From assembly GCA_047967505.1 (NCBI GenBank), contig CM106538.1: 64,000 nt of DNA. The stretch is one strand, 5' to 3'. Shown piece by piece: positions 58,998-64,000 of the stretch; the stretch's first letter is position 1; each line of letters begins with the position of its first letter. The position numbers and the translations under genes were made by a program. Under the pieces are notes generated by a model. That model ran no database searches and was not told the origin of the DNA. It worked only from the letters and a program-made list of their open reading frames with translations. Source of the DNA: Dipteris shenzhenensis (lineage: Eukaryota).

Positions 58998-61400
58998 TTA
59001 AAGTGAAAAAATATAGTCTCGACTTCCCCATTGGCAGTACGATGCAGCCCTTCCTGATGAAGATCCACATTCAATTTGATTAGGTAGTACAGCTCTTATG
59101 TTGTAAAAAGGTGTGATGGCAGTAGTTTTATCATTGTTAAGGTGAATAAATGAAGCTCCTTTAGTAGTAGGCAGGTCTATTGTGGCCAATGTATGGACCC
59201 AATTTGTAGACTCTTCTAAATCCGGTAAAGGAGAAAACCAAGAGTCTTCGGGACTCTTCTCATTTTTCTCTTCTTTATAAGCTTTGACTACATTTACCAA
59301 TGTCGACCTATTGGTGGTGTCAAATTCAGCAAACAAATCGATTCCTCGACATAGGGTGTGCCTTCTAAGTTTGGAGATCCGGCTTGCTCATCCTTGTGTA
59401 AATATATTCCATTTGAGCTCCAGGCATGGACCAATCCTACAGTTTGCATGAAAGGCCTTCCCAACATGATGTCATAGCCATATCCGGTAGGTTGGGGAAG
59501 TCCATTACAATGAACCACACTTGGTAGGTCAGCTCGAAGGTCTTAATCTTGATGTCTCTCTTAGAACTCCTTCTGGTTGGGCTATTGCTTCATCTTCCAA
59601 TTCGACTACAAGGTTTGTGCTATCCATTTTAGGTTGTCCCCACTTGGTCCATCACTGCTTAGTGACAATGCTTACACCTACTCCACCATCCAAAATTGCA
59701 ATCACGCTCTTACCTTGGTAGGAGATGGGAGGTATTGCATTGGTGTCATCACTTTCAAAGTACTGGCCCAATTTGTTAACAGGTACCTTGGGAAATTTTT
59801 GGGGGTCAATTGGGGGTTTGACTATCTCAAGATCAATGGGCTTAGGAGCTACTATTTTCATCCAATCTAAGAGATCTCTCCATAGAGTGGGATTACCTCG
59901 TAATAGTGTTGTGATGGGCATCTTTATCTCGGTGGACAAGAATGTAGCTAGTTCGGCTACATCTCAGGATTGTGTGATTGGTTCACTCTGCTCCCAACCA
60001 ATTGTGCCTCTTCAGAACTATAAAAAGACATATTGTCCTCTTCTCTTGCTTAGTTTCCATGCAGGATCCTCCTCAAACATCTTATGCCTTAGGAGTGGAT
60101 GTCCTGCCGATGAACCTTATGATTGTTCCTCGTCTACTCTTTCGAGTATGGGAGAGGGTTTAGGGGCTCTATTGAAGGTTTGGTAGTTAGGATGGATGGT
60201 TTCTAGCCCCTTGATGGCCTTAAGCCATTGCTTAAATTTTTATTGGTAATCACGTACCAATTGTTGTGTCTCGGTGAGGCATTGTTTCTTAATGAAAGGG
60301 TCTGGGTATTCACCCTAACCTTTGGGGGTCATAGGTTTCCTATGACTCAACACTTCCCAAGTGTCATCCCCTTCTTTTAGTCGTTGATTGAATTGCTTGT
60401 CATCAGCTGAGGGAGTATGACTAGAAGAAGATGCATGACAGGTTTACTTCTAGAAGGGTTTTGGTCTCTCCTCATAGATATTGGAGGCATGGCCCCCCTT
60501 CCTAGTGCTTCCACTAGGATTCTCATTGCCTCATCGTCGATAAGTACTGTTCGTGGAGTAGGCTCCCTCCTATATACATTTGTGGAGTAGGCAGAGCTTG
60601 AGGATATAATGTCCCTGCTATATACATTTGTGGTCTCAATGGAGGGTTCCATGTATTTGGTGGCTGTACAATTGTAGAATTTGAGGATCCTGACCCACTA
60701 CACATTTGCATGGTGACTTGGGGTTGATTGGGCCTAATGGCTTGGGTTAAAGGTCCTCTGGGGAGTTCCTACCAAGTTACTTGTGTAGCTATAGGGTTTT
60801 CGGTAAAACTTGGATTGAGACGCATGCCTTGGTGGACCCCAGTGCCACAACTTCCTCCCACAAGAAGTATGGAAGCATCTTTCACAAGTACCCCTTACAC
60901 CTACCCCTGCAACAATAAGGGCCATTAACGGCCAAACCATGCAAGTTATGGGGTATGTAACTCTTAAAATATAGGGGAATAATCATGTGGTAGATAATAA
61001 AGTATTCATCATGCCCACTGGCACAATTGAAGAACAAGTCATCTTGGGCAAAGCACGGTGTTAGAGCATCAACTGCTAGATTGACTAGCGAGAAAGGACA
61101 ACCATCTTGACAAATGGCAATCGCATGTAAGAGGTATCTCGTTGCCAAGAGGCTAAGAGCGGTAAATCAACTCTGAAGGTCGAAGTAATTTGCTCACCAT
61201 CCACCCCTTTTGTTAAAGTAAACAACTCCCTCCTCTGATCACATGCCCTGCCTCAGTAAAATCCATCACGAATGAAGCAAGAATGGATGAGGAAATTGTC
61301 CTAATCACCTAATTTGTGGGAAGGTACAATGTGACTAGGGTTCATCACTTTTTATGCCTATCTATTTGACTCACCTAGGCATAAAAAGTGATGAATGCAA
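58998..61400 (-). mobile_element. Decayed Gypsy-like gag/aspartic protease remnant
   Basis: VIAILDGGVGVSIV (protease active-site-like) at ~59660-59700 and YDIMLGRPFM at ~59450-59480; stops and frameshifts; extent uncertain. Confidence 0.6.
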
Positions 61401-64000
61401 GTGAGTGTCTATGAATTTATTTTATCAAAATACAACAAAAGTTCAAGATTGTTGTAATGCTGCATACCTTCTTGACAGCCATGAAGAATATGAAGTGAAT
61501 GTGTTGGTTAGGCGTGCTTTTAAAAATGGTCTTGCATTGGTGGAAAGAGATGCCATTGAATCATCGATGATGATGACCCTTGTTGGTGTAGCTTCCGCTC
61601 CAATGGTAGTAGTATTGCCTCATGCATATTGATTTGTCCAACTCAATAGGTTCTTGTGACACTTCTCCATTTTTAGGAGCAGGTTCTTGTGTTACTACTA
61701 TTGTGGATGTGGATGGAATGTCACTTTGGAACTCTATCTCTGAGATTTGTAGTGGTGTGGTACTCTGCTCCAAGTTTGAGTGAGTGGAAACTAGTAGGGT
61801 AGACGTTGCGGCAAGTTCTTGTGGTTTGGTTTCGTGTTTAGGAGCAGATTCTCGTGATACTATTGTCAGTGCCTTTGGCATGGGGTTCATTATAGCCCTT
61901 TGCACTCTTGGGCCTCCATTCTTGCCATTGTTGTCGAAGAGATACATGAACAATCTTGGGCAAGTGGGGTTCGCGTGCATTGCATGGGTGCAGCTTGGGT
62001 AGCCAGAGTTGTGGGTTGCCCTTGTTATTGTAGTAAGGCTTTTAGCACCTAGAGATGCTACTGGCTTCATCTGGTTCTCACTTGTCTTGAAAAATGGGCA
62101 AAGATCCATAAAATTAGGTCATTCAGGGAACTCTCATGCTTCAAGGGGTCCAAAACATCTTTATAAGAGGCCCAAAACATCCACACAGGCAAATGGAAAT
62201 CACCAACACACAATCCCAAAGATTAAGCTGAATTAAGGCCTATAGCAGCACAGATTGAGTTAGGGCCTAATTCAACACCATCGAGTTGTAGGTTAAGTCA
62301 GCACCCATAGGTTTAATGAGATTTTAGCATATGTCAATTTATGATTATTTTAGCGATGCCACGTTGTGGTTTCAGTGCGTGGGATTGTCAACTAACTCAG
62401 CTCGCTAAATTAGCTGATTTTTATGAAAATAAGGCCGTGGGACCCCCACGGTGAATTAAAAATTTCAACAGAACTTTGCCAAATTGTCTTCTTCTAGTTT
62501 GTTTCCATGGTGTAAACCTAAATTTGTTTTTACTATATCCTCATAGGCTTTGTTTTTTCACAAATGATAAATCATCTTGCTATCATTGGCCTTGTAATCA
62601 AGAATTCCCAAGGTTAACAACTCTATGGTATGGCGACTACTTTGAATGCTTGTCTACTGTGAACTTATGACTGTGTAGTCATGTGCACATACATAATCTG
62701 TGGGCTTTGTGTGGGTCTACAACTATTGTGTATGACTACTATAGTCTACCATAATTAAAAGAAAAAAACTATTTTTAATATATGCACCACATCAAAGTTC
62801 TTTATTGGTCCTTATATATGTGCTTATATCATTGGTCCTTCCTCTATTGTCATCCACCACATCAAAGTTCTTTGATCTTTCTTTATACGCTACGAGCTAC
62901 TGGTCCCACCTTTCCTCTTGGCCACTGAATAGGAAAAAATAATGCGTGTTAGGGTTGAAAATAACTCATCAAAATAAAATTCCGTCACGTCAATGGGCCT
63001 CATGCTTCTCATATCTAGCCTTGGAGTTTTGGGCTTCAAATGTGTCTGAGAGTTTCACTTACTTACCCATTGAAACCTTGAAATATGAGTTTATCTTTGC
63101 TTAGCCCATGGAGTTAGCATTCTTTAGGTAGGAGTAATTTTGCATAATAGATTTCCATTATTTATAGGACCATTAACCTTGCACCAATAAATGAGGTCTT
63201 CGTCTAATGTGAAGCTCATCTAAACTACTTTAAACATGCCTTCTTACATTGAATTCTTATTTCTCTAAAATTCATATTTTGTCCAATTTGCAATTTTTGC
63301 ACTTAAGAGAATTTCTTTAGGCTTTTAATCTTAGATGTGGAAAAAGGACACTAACAACCTATGATTTTATTAATGGTCCAAAGCTAGCTTACAAGAAAGA
63401 ATATGCAACCCAACCCAAAGTCATTCTCACATGTTTCAAATCAACTCAAGGCCATAAAAGCTATTGCTCATTAGAGTTAATATTTGAACTACTTATGAAC
63501 CTCTCAACACTTTGTCAAAAATGACTTTATGTTGTATAACTTAAGGTACACGTTTTGTAATCACGATATCAAACCACCCACTTACCCCTATGTAATGACG
63601 AGTTGTAAAAACTAAACATTACTATTCAAGAGGCCACTTGAAGCACATGCCATATAAGTAGCAGAGTGAGTAGGAACCTTTTGCTTGTGCCCACCAAAAC
63701 TTGTCTCGTTATTAACACGACACTTCATAATTGTTTACCACCCAAAGGACACCACAAATCTATTGGTTTTTAACAACACATTTTACTTTTGAGTAAAAAG
63801 ACACAAAGATGTTGGAGAGTTGTGCAACTAGAGGTATGCAAAAGCAAAGATCTAGCTAGATCTATTAGAAAACTATGTGAGACTACTTATACTAGCAAGC
63901 ATATGAGATGGATTGATTGATTTGTGAGGGGACACATTTTTTCAAGAAATGATCCTTGCTATTTCAACTTGATATTATTATCTATTTGCGCTATTGAGTA

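Overview
Land-plant nuclear DNA: spliceosomal introns, a WRKY gene and tRNA-iMet-primed LTR retrotransposons. The TE-rich style suggests a large-genome plant such as a fern or lycophyte, but the species cannot be determined from the sequence. Host genes: (i) the 5' nine exons of a GH1 beta-glucosidase-like gene (minus strand, 2802-5817) with atypical active-site motifs, with a decayed LINE in its next intron; (ii) an intact-looking group I WRKY gene (minus strand, 26033-49554) whose 20.8-kb last intron holds a nest of LINE, Copia and Gypsy elements. The main discovery is a ~10.1-kb element bounded by terminal inverted repeats (10953-21056). It encodes an intron-containing transposase whose catalytic and Zn-binding motifs match RAG1/Transib/Chapaev, plus chromatin-related cargo: a histone H3-fold protein fused to a Ulp1/C48 SUMO-protease domain, a BAH-domain protein with a ubiquitin-like C-terminus, and an unknown acidic protein. 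A second, much older transposase of the same type lies at ~55.1-56.9 kb, and a second H3-like pseudogene lies just outside the element. All domain calls come from motifs recognised by eye; no database search was run.
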